From Pyrobaculum calidifontis JCM 11548 (GTDB lineage Archaea > Thermoproteota > Thermoprotei > Thermoproteales > Thermoproteaceae), in NCBI RefSeq assembly GCF_000015805.1, contig NC_009073.1, forward strand, positions 870,001-902,000: a stretch of 32,000 nt of DNA, in the 5' to 3' direction. Within the stretch, counting starts at the first letter, position 1; every line of letters begins with the position of its first letter. The translations under genes were made by a program, and so were the position numbers. This document shows positions 7,745-15,357 of the stretch, piece by piece. The notes under the pieces are model-generated. The model saw only the letters and a list, made by a program, of their open reading frames with translations, ran no database searches and was not told where the DNA came from.

Positions 7745-8375
7745 CACGCTCTGCGTAGCGTCCGGCGGCGCGTATCTTTGTCAACTCCCGCTCTACCGCG
7801 GCCGCCCTTTCCCCCATCTCCTCTCCGTAGCCATCCCAGAAGAGGCGCTTCATTTCCTCGGCTCTGTCGCCGTAGAGGTCCAGCGTTCTAAACAAGACGT
7901 TGATGTCTCTTGCCATGAACACGGCGGTGCGCTTGGACCAGCCCTTCCTCACTTCGCCTAGGCCGAAGTCTATGAAGTAGAGGCTGTCCCCCGCGCGTAT
8001 TATATTCGTCGGCGCCAGGTCGCCGTGGATTAAGCCGGCCTTGTGCATTACGCCGACTAGCCTCCCCACGTCTCTTAAGAGGTCGTAGGCGCCTTGTGCC
8101 AAGAGGTCTCTCAAGTTGGCGCCCTCCACGTACTCCATCACGATTGCCGCCTTCTCGGGGTCGAAGAAGTAGACTGCCGGCACTTTTACGCCTAGCGAGT
8201 GGGCTATGTACATGTTGCGCACCTCGTTTATCGTGCGCCTGCGCCTTATTTGGTAGTCGAGGGCGGGGTGTCTATAGGCCTTTGGCTTACGCCACTTTAA
8301 GACGGCCCTTAGGCCGAACCACTCCACTAGGTACAGCTCTGCCTCTGCCCCCTTGGCCAACAGCGAGCCTTCCAC
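7722..8375 (-). CDS. bud32: KEOPS kinase/ATPase Bud32 (RIO-like small kinase)
   Basis: GAEAELY loop, LKWRKPKAYRHPALD, catalytic HGDLAPTNII and DFGLG. I prefer GTG 8375, which is 23 nt from the TTTTAAAA box. The track start is ATG 8411. Confidence 0.8.
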   Translation of the reverse strand: MEGSLLAKGAEAELYLVEWFGLRAVLKWRKPKAYRHPALDYQIRRRRTINEVRNMYIAHSLGVKVPAVYFFDPEKAAIVMEYVEGANLRDLLAQGAYDLLRDVGRLVGVMHKAGLIHGDLAPTNIIRAGDSLYFIDFGLGEVRKGWSKRTAVFMARDINVLFRTLDLYGDRAEEMKRLFWDGYGEEMGERAAAVERELTKIRAAGRYAERVSSSSRR

Positions 8376-8393
8376 GGCGTGGCGGCGACAGAC

Positions 8394-8401
8394 TTTTAAA
8401 A
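8394..8401. promoter_or_regulatory. shared palindromic TATA box (TTTTAAAA) between divergent genes
   Basis: Centred 23 nt from GTG 8375 (minus) and 21 nt from in-frame GTG 8419 (plus). Confidence 0.45.
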
Positions 8402-8418
8402 ATGTGCACATAGGGAGT

Positions 8419-9537
8419 GTGTGGCGTCTTTATCGTCCTGACGCAGTTTTGGTGTGGGAGGAGCCTGTGGTGAGGGAGAGGCTTAGGTGGTACTACGCCG
8501 TTATGCGGAACATTGCGCCAGCCAAATACCACATTGCGGCTAGGGTTGAGGCCCCCCGTGACTTTGCGGCAATGGGCGACGGGGAGCTGTGGAAGTTGCA
8601 CGAGGAGCTGGGCCGCGTCTTTGACGAGGCGTGGGCTGAGCAGAGGGCGAGGCCGGACTTCTCCCTTGCCTCTAGGGGGCTCCCAGAGGCCTCGTTTTTG
8701 GATGTGAAGATTGAGCTTGCTGAGAGGCAGTTGAGGAGGTGTATGTTGTGCGAACGAAGGTGCGGCGTCGATAGAACTAGGGGGAGGGGGGCGTGTCTCT
8801 TGGACGCCAGGGCCAGAGTTGCGTCGTTTTTCCACCACTTGGGCGAAGAGGCACCGCTGGTGCCCTCTGGCACGATCTTCTTCGCCGGGTGCAATTTCAG
8901 ATGCGTTTACTGCCAGAACTGGGACATATCGCAGGACCCCGAGGCAGGCGTCGAGGTTACGGCTGAGGCCCTCGCGGCGATGCAGATCCGCCTCAGGGAG
9001 GAGGGGGCGAGGAACATCAACTGGGTCGGCGGCGAGCCCACTCCTAATATACCCTGGATATTGAAGTCGCTCAAGATTTTGGCCCGCCGCGGCGTCAATG
9101 TGCCACAGCTCTGGAACTCAAACATGTACCTAACCCCCGAGGGGCTCTCCCTCATCCTCCACGTAATTGATATCTGGCTTCCCGACTTCAAGTATGGGAA
9201 CAACGCCTGCGCTTTGCGGTACTCAGTGGCGCCTAGGTATTGGGAGGTCGTCACGCGCAACTTCTCAGTTATATGCAGGAGGGGGGAGGACATAATTGTA
9301 CGCCACTTGGTCCTCCCTGGCCACGTGGAGTGTTGTACAAAGCCTGTCCTCAAGTGGCTTGCCGAGAACTGCCGCCACGCCCTTGTCAACATAATGGACC
9401 AGTACAGGCCTGAGTACCTTGTGCCAAAGTTGGACAAGTACAAGGAGATTAGGAGGCGCGTCTCCGAGGAGGAGATGGAGGAAGCCTACAAGTACGCAGA
9501 CGCCCTCGGCTTGGCGTGGAGAGAGGTAACCCGCTAG
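8419..9537 (+). CDS. radical SAM protein, PflX-like (pyruvate formate-lyase activase-related, COG1313-type)
   Basis: CNFRCVYCQN is the CxxxCxxC radical SAM cluster motif. An upstream Cys pair reads CMLCERRCGVDR. GGEPT is also present. The start is uncertain: GTG 8419, GTG 8467 or ATG 8503. The track ORF opens at 8353. Confidence 0.8.
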   Translation: MWRLYRPDAVLVWEEPVVRERLRWYYAVMRNIAPAKYHIAARVEAPRDFAAMGDGELWKLHEELGRVFDEAWAEQRARPDFSLASRGLPEASFLDVKIELAERQLRRCMLCERRCGVDRTRGRGACLLDARARVASFFHHLGEEAPLVPSGTIFFAGCNFRCVYCQNWDISQDPEAGVEVTAEALAAMQIRLREEGARNINWVGGEPTPNIPWILKSLKILARRGVNVPQLWNSNMYLTPEGLSLILHVIDIWLPDFKYGNNACALRYSVAPRYWEVVTRNFSVICRRGEDIIVRHLVLPGHVECCTKPVLKWLAENCRHALVNIMDQYRPEYLVPKLDKYKEIRRRVSEEEMEEAYKYADALGLAWREVTR

Positions 9538-9809
9538 ATCCACGTCACGTCGAGACCATACGGCAGACACTCAGCCACGTCTAGAAGCCTCTCCGCGGCC
9601 GCACTGGCGAGGCCGCAACAGGGGTCGCATGAAAGCCCTAGCGACGTGCAGAGTATAACGAACAGTGCGCCCAACCTCTCGTCGTCGAGATACAAGCACT
9701 CAACCAACCTGCGGCTCAGCGCCGCCACGCCTACGTTTTTTAACGGCTCGCCAGATGCGCGTCTCACCGCCAAGCCGCACTCTCTCAACATCTTTTCCCC
9801 ATTTTCCAC
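9534..9809 (-). CDS. hypothetical Cys-rich small protein
   Basis: 91-aa ORF (GTG start) with coding-like third-position bias. It has seven Cys, including SCDPCCG. A TAAAAAC box lies about 15-20 nt upstream. No family recognised. Confidence 0.4.
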   Translation of the reverse strand: MENGEKMLRECGLAVRRASGEPLKNVGVAALSRRLVECLYLDDERLGALFVILCTSLGLSCDPCCGLASAAAERLLDVAECLPYGLDVTWI

Positions 9810-9861
9810 ATGTCCTAGGCGTTTTTAGGCACGTATAGGCCGTTCCCTACGTACGCAGCGG

Positions 9862-10746
9862 TTAGCCCCTCAGTTTGTACAGCTTCACGCCGCCTTCTAC
9901 TTCTACGTCTACTTTGCCGGTGAGGAGCAGTAGGGCAGGTATGTAGGGGCTTTCCTCTATTTGTCTCCTCATCTGGGGTTCTCTCAGCGCTGTGGCCCAT
10001 TCTTCGTGGACTTTGCTCTGTGGCACCATTCTTAGGGCGCGTTCCAAGAGCTTTGTAGTTGTCTTTATGCATTTTCCACCGCAGTCTTGTCCTGTGGCGG
10101 CTACCTTCACGGCGTAGTATATCAGGGGTATGGTGATGCCCAGCTTCGTCGTTGGGTCTTTAAACAACACCACTGACCTGTTTCTCCACCTAGAGACGAG
10201 GCGCCATATTTGGTCGGCCACGGCGTCTAAGTCCTCGCCTTTTACAACGCCGCTTCTGATGATCCTGTCTGCCACCTCCTCCTCGTCGCTTCCCTCCACC
10301 TTGAGCGACCTGAGGCGGACAACCACGTCGTAGTCGCGGCCGTCGGACCCCCCGCCTAACACGTCGGAGGTATATAGCTCAATGGGTTTGCCAACGCCGA
10401 ATATCCCCTTGTCCTCTATCTCGCCGCATGTGTAGACGGCGATGGCTGTGGAGTGGCCGGCCACTGTGGATTTCACAAGCGGGGGACCCGCGGCGTAGCA
10501 TGTGCGCTCTCCTACTAGTTTGTACACTGCTGTGTGTAGACGTGGGGCGTAGCGGACATCTGCGCTGTAGTTGTCCACGGCCTCTAGCACAGCCAGCTTA
10601 TTGAACACGGGGCCTGAGGTGGAGGCCACCACTTTTACGCCGCGCGCAAGCTCTAGAAGCCCAAGCCCTCCTAGAGGCGACGAGATGGCAATTACATACT
10701 TCGGCCTTATGCTCTCTATACACTCCCCCAGCGATATACACAGCAT
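9862..10746 (-). CDS. hypothetical protein (294 aa), uncharacterised
   Basis: Long ORF with good codon bias. The N-terminal third loosely recalls a PLD/Nuc-like fold (YVIAISSPLGG..LELARGVKVV; RLHTAVYKLVGE...AAGPPLVKST) but lacks an intact HxK motif. The C-terminal part contains DCGGKC. Confidence 0.7.
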   Translation of the reverse strand: MLCISLGECIESIRPKYVIAISSPLGGLGLLELARGVKVVASTSGPVFNKLAVLEAVDNYSADVRYAPRLHTAVYKLVGERTCYAAGPPLVKSTVAGHSTAIAVYTCGEIEDKGIFGVGKPIELYTSDVLGGGSDGRDYDVVVRLRSLKVEGSDEEEVADRIIRSGVVKGEDLDAVADQIWRLVSRWRNRSVVLFKDPTTKLGITIPLIYYAVKVAATGQDCGGKCIKTTTKLLERALRMVPQSKVHEEWATALREPQMRRQIEESPYIPALLLLTGKVDVEVEGGVKLYKLRG

Positions 10747-10774
10747 GAGGTGTTACAGCGACGTGTTTATATAC

Positions 10775-10936
10775 CTAGCGTCTTTTGAGGGAAAGCACTC
10801 TCGCAAGAACGGGGCAGCCGTTCCCCCCGTTTGTGCAGAACTTCTCCAACTGCCCCCTCCTCGTCTTCCACTCCTCTGGGGGCATCAATACGCAGCGAGG
10901 GCCGTCGGCTGTGTGGCGGTAGAAGATGCAACGCAT
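10775..10936 (-). CDS. small four-Cys protein (53 aa), not in the supplied ORF track
   Basis: Manual translation gives MRCIFYRHTADGPRCVLMPPEEWKTRRGQLEKFCTNGGNGCPVLARVLSLKRR. Third positions are strongly G/C-biased. ATG 10936 is 23 nt from the TTTTAAAA box. The ORF ends 28 nt before the start of the 294-aa gene. Confidence 0.45.
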   Translation of the reverse strand: MRCIFYRHTADGPRCVLMPPEEWKTRRGQLEKFCTNGGNGCPVLARVLSLKRR

Positions 10937-10954
10937 AGCCGCCCTTTCTCACAG

Positions 10955-10962
10955 TTTTAAAA
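10955..10962. promoter_or_regulatory. shared palindromic TATA box (TTTTAAAA) between divergent genes
   Basis: Centred about 23 nt from ATG 10936 (minus) and about 23 nt from GTG 10982 (plus). Confidence 0.45.
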
Positions 10963-10981
10963 TCTCTTCGTTTCCAGCGCC

Positions 10982-11524
10982 GTGGAGTGCAACGCTGTGG
11001 CAGAGCTGTTGAAAGAGCGGAATATAAAGGCCGAGGCCCGCGGGAGGGAGTTAGTCTTGGCGACCGCTGGCCGGCTGAAGATAGAGTTCTGGTGTCCCCA
11101 GGAGGAGTTCCCCCACTTCGGAGACGTGGAAGAGCTCAGGAAGTGGCTCTCTCTAGACTCGGTGGACGTCTTAGTGGTGGTGTCTTACAGGCCGTACGTT
11201 GTCGTGGACTACGTCAACGCCATGCTTGAGAGAGCCTATAGGTGGTACGGCCTTAAATTCGACGTGAAGTTGCTTGGGCTGAGCTCCGTGGACATAGAGG
11301 TGGGGCTTGAGGACGTCTTGGGGAGGGCCTTTGTGGAAAAGCCGCATAAGCTCGGCGACGGAGTTGAGACCGACACGCCGTGTCCTCAATGCGGCAGAGA
11401 CGTTCTGCGCTTGTATAGGCAAGAGCGGTTTTTCTCAAGAAAGTACCGGGGGAGGGCAGTGGAGAGCATATACGGGTGTAGAGCTTGCGGTTTTAGGGCG
11501 AGGAGAGTCGAACTACTCGACTAG
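10982..11524 (+). CDS. hypothetical protein with C-terminal zinc ribbon
   Basis: 180 aa. The C-terminus carries CPQCG...(26 aa)...CRACG, a four-Cys ribbon. The N-terminal alpha/beta region is unassigned. Confidence 0.65.
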   Translation: MECNAVAELLKERNIKAEARGRELVLATAGRLKIEFWCPQEEFPHFGDVEELRKWLSLDSVDVLVVVSYRPYVVVDYVNAMLERAYRWYGLKFDVKLLGLSSVDIEVGLEDVLGRAFVEKPHKLGDGVETDTPCPQCGRDVLRLYRQERFFSRKYRGRAVESIYGCRACGFRARRVELLD

Positions 11525-12433
11525 CTTGGCGTCTGGAGCTATCTCCTTAACCACAGCTCTTAGGATTGAGGGGAGCTCAGACTTGGAGACTCTCCGCTTT
11601 AACACAGCCACGGCGGCCTCTCTGTGTCCCCCGCCTTGCCCAATCCGCCTCGCTATAGAGGCGACGTCGAAGTCCCTCGACCTAAAGACGACGTGGACGC
11701 CGTCTTCCTTCCTGGATGCCACCACGGCCACTCTACAGCCCACTGACACGAGTAGCGACGCCACGTCGGACTCATAGGCGCCCACGTGAGTTGCGCAGAT
11801 GAGGCCAACCGACGAGCTGTAGACCTCAAGACGTCGAAACCCCTTTAAAAACGCCATGGTCTTAGACGTGTTCCACGCCTCGCCCCCCTCTTTTACAATG
11901 TCGCCGAGAGGTGCGCCGAGTCTTTCAAGGAGCTTAGACAAGGCGCGGAGAGTCCCCGCGTCAGCCCTCTTCAGCCCGCCTGTGTCAGCATAAATTCCGA
12001 GCACGGCCAACTTTGCCACATCTGGCGGAATCTCTACGCCGGCTTCCTCCGCCAAGGTCAGCGCAACCTCGGTACAACTCGGCCTATTTACAACGACGCC
12101 GGGGACGTCGTCTCCCGCGTAGTGGTGGTCTACTCTAATGGCTCTCCCGGGGAGGGGCGGCACTTGGCTTAGGGAGGCCACGTCGGCGAGCACATACACG
12201 TCCACGTCTCTGGGCAAATCCTCGGAGCATCCGCCGAGGAGAGATCCCTCTGGGCAAACCACGGCAACTACCTCCACGCCCAGCCTCTCCAAGACCAGCT
12301 TTAGCACCTCGGCGCACGCCAAGGCGTCTGCGTCAGCTCTCCTATGTGTCACAACGGCGGCCCTCCTAGCCCCGGCCAGCAACTCCCTCAGCGTTTCCAA
12401 CATCTGTCTACGTCTTCCCGTGCCAGCGGCCAC
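11513..12433 (-). CDS. DHH-family phosphoesterase (NrnA/RecJ-like)
   Basis: HRRADADALA (DxD), VDHHY (DHH) and GQGGGHREAA (DHHA1 GGGH motif). An alternative start at ATG 12403 would reduce the overlap with the upstream gene. Confidence 0.8.
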   Translation of the reverse strand: MAAGTGRRRQMLETLRELLAGARRAAVVTHRRADADALACAEVLKLVLERLGVEVVAVVCPEGSLLGGCSEDLPRDVDVYVLADVASLSQVPPLPGRAIRVDHHYAGDDVPGVVVNRPSCTEVALTLAEEAGVEIPPDVAKLAVLGIYADTGGLKRADAGTLRALSKLLERLGAPLGDIVKEGGEAWNTSKTMAFLKGFRRLEVYSSSVGLICATHVGAYESDVASLLVSVGCRVAVVASRKEDGVHVVFRSRDFDVASIARRIGQGGGHREAAVAVLKRRVSKSELPSILRAVVKEIAPDAKLVE

Positions 12434-12660
12434 CCCTTCTCTCTAACGGCGTCTGCGAGACATATGCCCAGCTCAGCGGCCTCGTCCACCACCCTCTGTA
12501 GATACGCGTCGTCCACTAACACGCTGGCGTCTACCTCCACCTCAACGTCGACACCCTTGTCCGTAAAAGATACGGCGACTATTGCGTACTTAAGCGCGTC
12601 GCCCAGCTTCTTCTCCAAAAATTTCTCAACCTCGGAGGAGATGAACGTGGATACTTCCAC
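12388..12660 (-). CDS. small conserved archaeal protein downstream of prefoldin beta (DUF3194-like, from memory)
   Basis: 90-aa acidic protein, start-stop coupled to pfdB at position 12660. This matches the gene order I recall in other archaea. Confidence 0.55.
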   Translation of the reverse strand: MEVSTFISSEVEKFLEKKLGDALKYAIVAVSFTDKGVDVEVEVDASVLVDDAYLQRVVDEAAELGICLADAVREKGWPLAREDVDRCWKR

Positions 12661-13037
12661 TACCCGCCGCCCTTAGCCGCCTCCTGGCCGCCTCTGAGCT
12701 TTGCCAGCTCCTTGTTCAACTCCTCCTTCAATTTCTCTAACTGTTCTCTGAGCATCGACTCCTGCTTGGCCAACGTCTTCACGTGCAGTTCGAGCAACTC
12801 CTTCCTATCCTTCAGCTCCTGAAGCGCCGCGTCTCTGCTCTGTTGGACGAGGAAGTTGCCGACGCTCTTGAAAATCTTGGCGTCTTGCGGCAATTTCTCA
12901 ATTTCGCTTATGGCCTTGTCCACTTCCCTCAGCTCTGCCTCGTACTGCTGCTTTCTCAGCAGTACGCTCTGAAGCTGGGCTTGGGCTTGATTGTAGCGAT
13001 TGGCAAGGTCTTGCAACGAGGGTGGTACTTGAGCCAT
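12660..13037 (-). CDS. pfdB: prefoldin subunit beta
   Basis: 125-aa coiled-coil protein with QLQSVLLRKQQYEAELREVDKAISEIEKL and the central KSVGNFLVQQS beta-hairpin region. It has its own TATA box upstream. Confidence 0.9.
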   Translation of the reverse strand: MAQVPPSLQDLANRYNQAQAQLQSVLLRKQQYEAELREVDKAISEIEKLPQDAKIFKSVGNFLVQQSRDAALQELKDRKELLELHVKTLAKQESMLREQLEKLKEELNKELAKLRGGQEAAKGGG

Positions 13038-13057
13038 GGGGAGTCGTACTATCTGTC

Positions 13058-13065
13058 TATATAAA
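13058..13065 (-). promoter_or_regulatory. TATA box for pfdB
   Basis: The minus strand reads CTTTATATAG, centred about 24 nt upstream of ATG 13037. Confidence 0.5.
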
Positions 13066-13088
13066 GCTTACCTAAACGCGGCAGCCGC

Positions 13089-13913
13089 CTATTGTAGCAC
13101 CTCCTTGAGCGACGCCAAGTAGCTTTCTCTGCCTCTCCAGGCTAGGTCTAGGGCGGCTTCAAGCTCTTGTTGTGTAAATGAGCCTAGGGTCTTTTGTATG
13201 GCGACTATTCTCTCCTGGGCGAAGGTGTAGGTGATGCGGCCGTCTAGAGATAGCTCTTCCTCGAATATGGGGTCTAGAAATAGTACGTTTGCTATTTTTC
13301 CTACGGACACCGCTATCGGCGCCTTTTCTAAGTCCAGCGGCATGGGGGTTCTGCTGTTCCGGTCTAGCTTCACGGCGCCTGTCTCGTCTTTTACCACGGC
13401 GGGGAGGGCGGCGTTCTTTAACGCGGCCACCGCGGCTAGGTTGGCGGCGTCGACGAGGTTGCCGTCGTCGTTGATGACGTAGAGGTCTACCCATAGCACG
13501 TAGGCCTTTCCCCCCTCCACGGATAGCTTCTTAAAGTCGACGTAGCCGCAGTGTCTAAGGCCGCGGTCTACTACTCTGGCGAGTTCTATGGCGAATTCGT
13601 CGGGCGGCCCCACCTCTGTGTAAGGCGAAGCATGGGGGAGAACTTCTGCGTTTACTACCAGCACGCCTTCGTCTGGCGCATCGGGGAACGGCTGGCCGAG
13701 GCCTATTTTGACGCCTGCCACCACGTGCGTCTTGCCGAGTTTTACCTCTGCGGACCCATCGGCGGTTTTTACGACTCCGGTCTTCACCTCGACGGGCCTC
13801 ACTTGGTCTACTTCTCTGCCGTCTATCCTGGCCTTCGACGCAATGAGTCTTCTTATCTGTTCCCGCCTTAGGTAGGAGATAAAGCGTTTTCCGTACGGAG
13901 ATATCGATGCCAT
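13089..13913 (-). CDS. rrp42: exosome complex component Rrp42 (RNase PH-like, inactive subunit)
   Basis: 274 aa with an RNase PH fold pattern (RIDGREVDQVRPVEVKTGVV, DGSAEVKLG). It directly follows rrp41 with a 1-nt overlap. Confidence 0.9.
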   Translation of the reverse strand: MASISPYGKRFISYLRREQIRRLIASKARIDGREVDQVRPVEVKTGVVKTADGSAEVKLGKTHVVAGVKIGLGQPFPDAPDEGVLVVNAEVLPHASPYTEVGPPDEFAIELARVVDRGLRHCGYVDFKKLSVEGGKAYVLWVDLYVINDDGNLVDAANLAAVAALKNAALPAVVKDETGAVKLDRNSRTPMPLDLEKAPIAVSVGKIANVLFLDPIFEEELSLDGRITYTFAQERIVAIQKTLGSFTQQELEAALDLAWRGRESYLASLKEVLQ

Positions 13914-14653
13914 TATCTCCCGTATATCTCCTCCGCTATGGCCATGTACTTGTTTTTAAGCGCCTCTCTTGCCACTTGGTAGACGTACTCCGCGCCTTTC
14001 ACCGCCAAGCCGAGTGCCTCTAGGAACTTCTCCCGAGTCCACGCCCCGTCTAGCTGGAGCAACGTGAACCGCCTTAAGTTCGGCATGTAGCCCACTGGCA
14101 TGTCGCCCTCGCCGTAGTTGTCCTCGAGGCCGTTTAAGTCGAGCACCACTGTGCCGTCGACGAGACCCACTGAGACGCCCACCACTAGGTCTCTCATGTA
14201 TATCCCCGCGTCTGCCAACGCCAGTGAGGCCGCGGTGAGGGAGGCCACTCGGGTTGACCCATCTGCTTGTAGAATTTCGATGAACACGTCGATTCTGGAG
14301 CGGGGGTACTGCTCCAACATGACGGCTGGCTCTAGCGCCTCTCTTAAAACCTTGGAGATCTCTATCTCGCGCCGCGAGGGCGTTGGGCTCTTTCTCTCGT
14401 CCTTTGTGCTAAATGGCGCCATGTGGTAGCGCACTCTCATGACTCCGCGGTCTGGGAGAGATAAGTGTCGCGGGTGCATCTCCCTCGGCCCATACACGGC
14501 CGCAACCGCCGTGGTGGCGCCGTAGGACACCACGGCTGATCCGTCGGCGTTTGAAACTGTGCCAACCTGTATCTGGACCTCCCTCATTTGGTCAGGCGCT
14601 CTGCCGTCGGCGCGGAGCCCGTTTTGGAGTAAAGGCACTGGGGGCTTCTTCAT
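13913..14653 (-). CDS. rrp41: exosome complex exonuclease Rrp41 (RNase PH-like, catalytic subunit)
   Basis: RADGRAPDQMREV, NADGSAVVSYG and the phosphate-binding region VLQADGSTR. Confidence 0.9.
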   Translation of the reverse strand: MKKPPVPLLQNGLRADGRAPDQMREVQIQVGTVSNADGSAVVSYGATTAVAAVYGPREMHPRHLSLPDRGVMRVRYHMAPFSTKDERKSPTPSRREIEISKVLREALEPAVMLEQYPRSRIDVFIEILQADGSTRVASLTAASLALADAGIYMRDLVVGVSVGLVDGTVVLDLNGLEDNYGEGDMPVGYMPNLRRFTLLQLDGAWTREKFLEALGLAVKGAEYVYQVAREALKNKYMAIAEEIYGR

Positions 14654-15357
14654 GCCTGCGCTTGTTGTCTCATCTTCTTATAATTTTCCACCTCCGCCTT
14701 TACTCTGTCAGTTAGCCCCATGACGTGGCTTTCTGCCTCTATCTTCTTTATGAGACTTGTTAAAAATACCTCGTCTCTTGGGCTTTTGCACTTGACCCAG
14801 ATGCGCCCGTTTTGGCCTACCACTATGTCGCACCCCACCTCGGCAAGCACCGCCAACATGCTGCCCTTTTTCCCGACGACGCGGGGCACTTTCACCGGGG
14901 CTATCTCCACCACTGTGCCGCTTTCCACTTTGCCCACTCTCTCCTCTTTTAGAGTCAACACCACGGGGTACTCGTCTGTTAAATCGACGTCTTTTACCTT
15001 GGCCACAATTACGTCTCCGATGTTTAAGAAGGTTGTGAGAGGCGTAGTTTCTAAGTCCACGTGTTTGTGGAGAGCCTCGCTTACTGGGAGGTAGGCCGGC
15101 ATAAAGGTTCGGACGTCCACCTCCCAGCCCGTGGCTAATACGTCTGTTACGTAGCCGATTACTAAGTCGCCTTTTTTGGGCTTGTAGACTCCATCTAGCG
15201 GGACTATCACAACGACGTCTTCTCTGAACTCCACGAGGCCCACCACGGCGCTTCTAATCTTTCCATTGTCCACATATACAGGCCCCTCCACTCTGCTATC
15301 TGCCGTGGCCACTAGGTCCCCTGGGAAGATCAACTGGCGGGGGGTTACGTAGTACAT
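14650..15357 (-). CDS. rrp4: exosome RNA-binding subunit Rrp4 (S1 + KH)
   Basis: S1 domain GDLVIGYVTDVLATGWEVDV. KH motif VPRVVGKKGSML. 4-nt overlap with rrp41. Confidence 0.9.
   Translation of the reverse strand: MYYVTPRQLIFPGDLVATADSRVEGPVYVDNGKIRSAVVGLVEFREDVVVIVPLDGVYKPKKGDLVIGYVTDVLATGWEVDVRTFMPAYLPVSEALHKHVDLETTPLTTFLNIGDVIVAKVKDVDLTDEYPVVLTLKEERVGKVESGTVVEIAPVKVPRVVGKKGSMLAVLAEVGCDIVVGQNGRIWVKCKSPRDEVFLTSLIKKIEAESHVMGLTDRVKAEVENYKKMRQQAQA

Noticed and set aside
10257-10313. C/D-box-sRNA-like pattern on the plus strand: TGATGA at 10257-10262 and CTGA at 10310-10313.
   Set aside because: There are no internal D'/C' boxes and no convincing terminal stem adjacent to the boxes. It lies inside and antisense to a well-supported CDS, so it is probably chance.
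10767-10952. 61-aa minus-strand ORF from the track (MRKGGYALHLLPPHSRRPS...).
   Set aside because: It has off-frame-like Arg/Pro/Gly composition. The alternative 53-aa frame has better codon bias, a properly spaced TATA box and an ordered Cys pattern.
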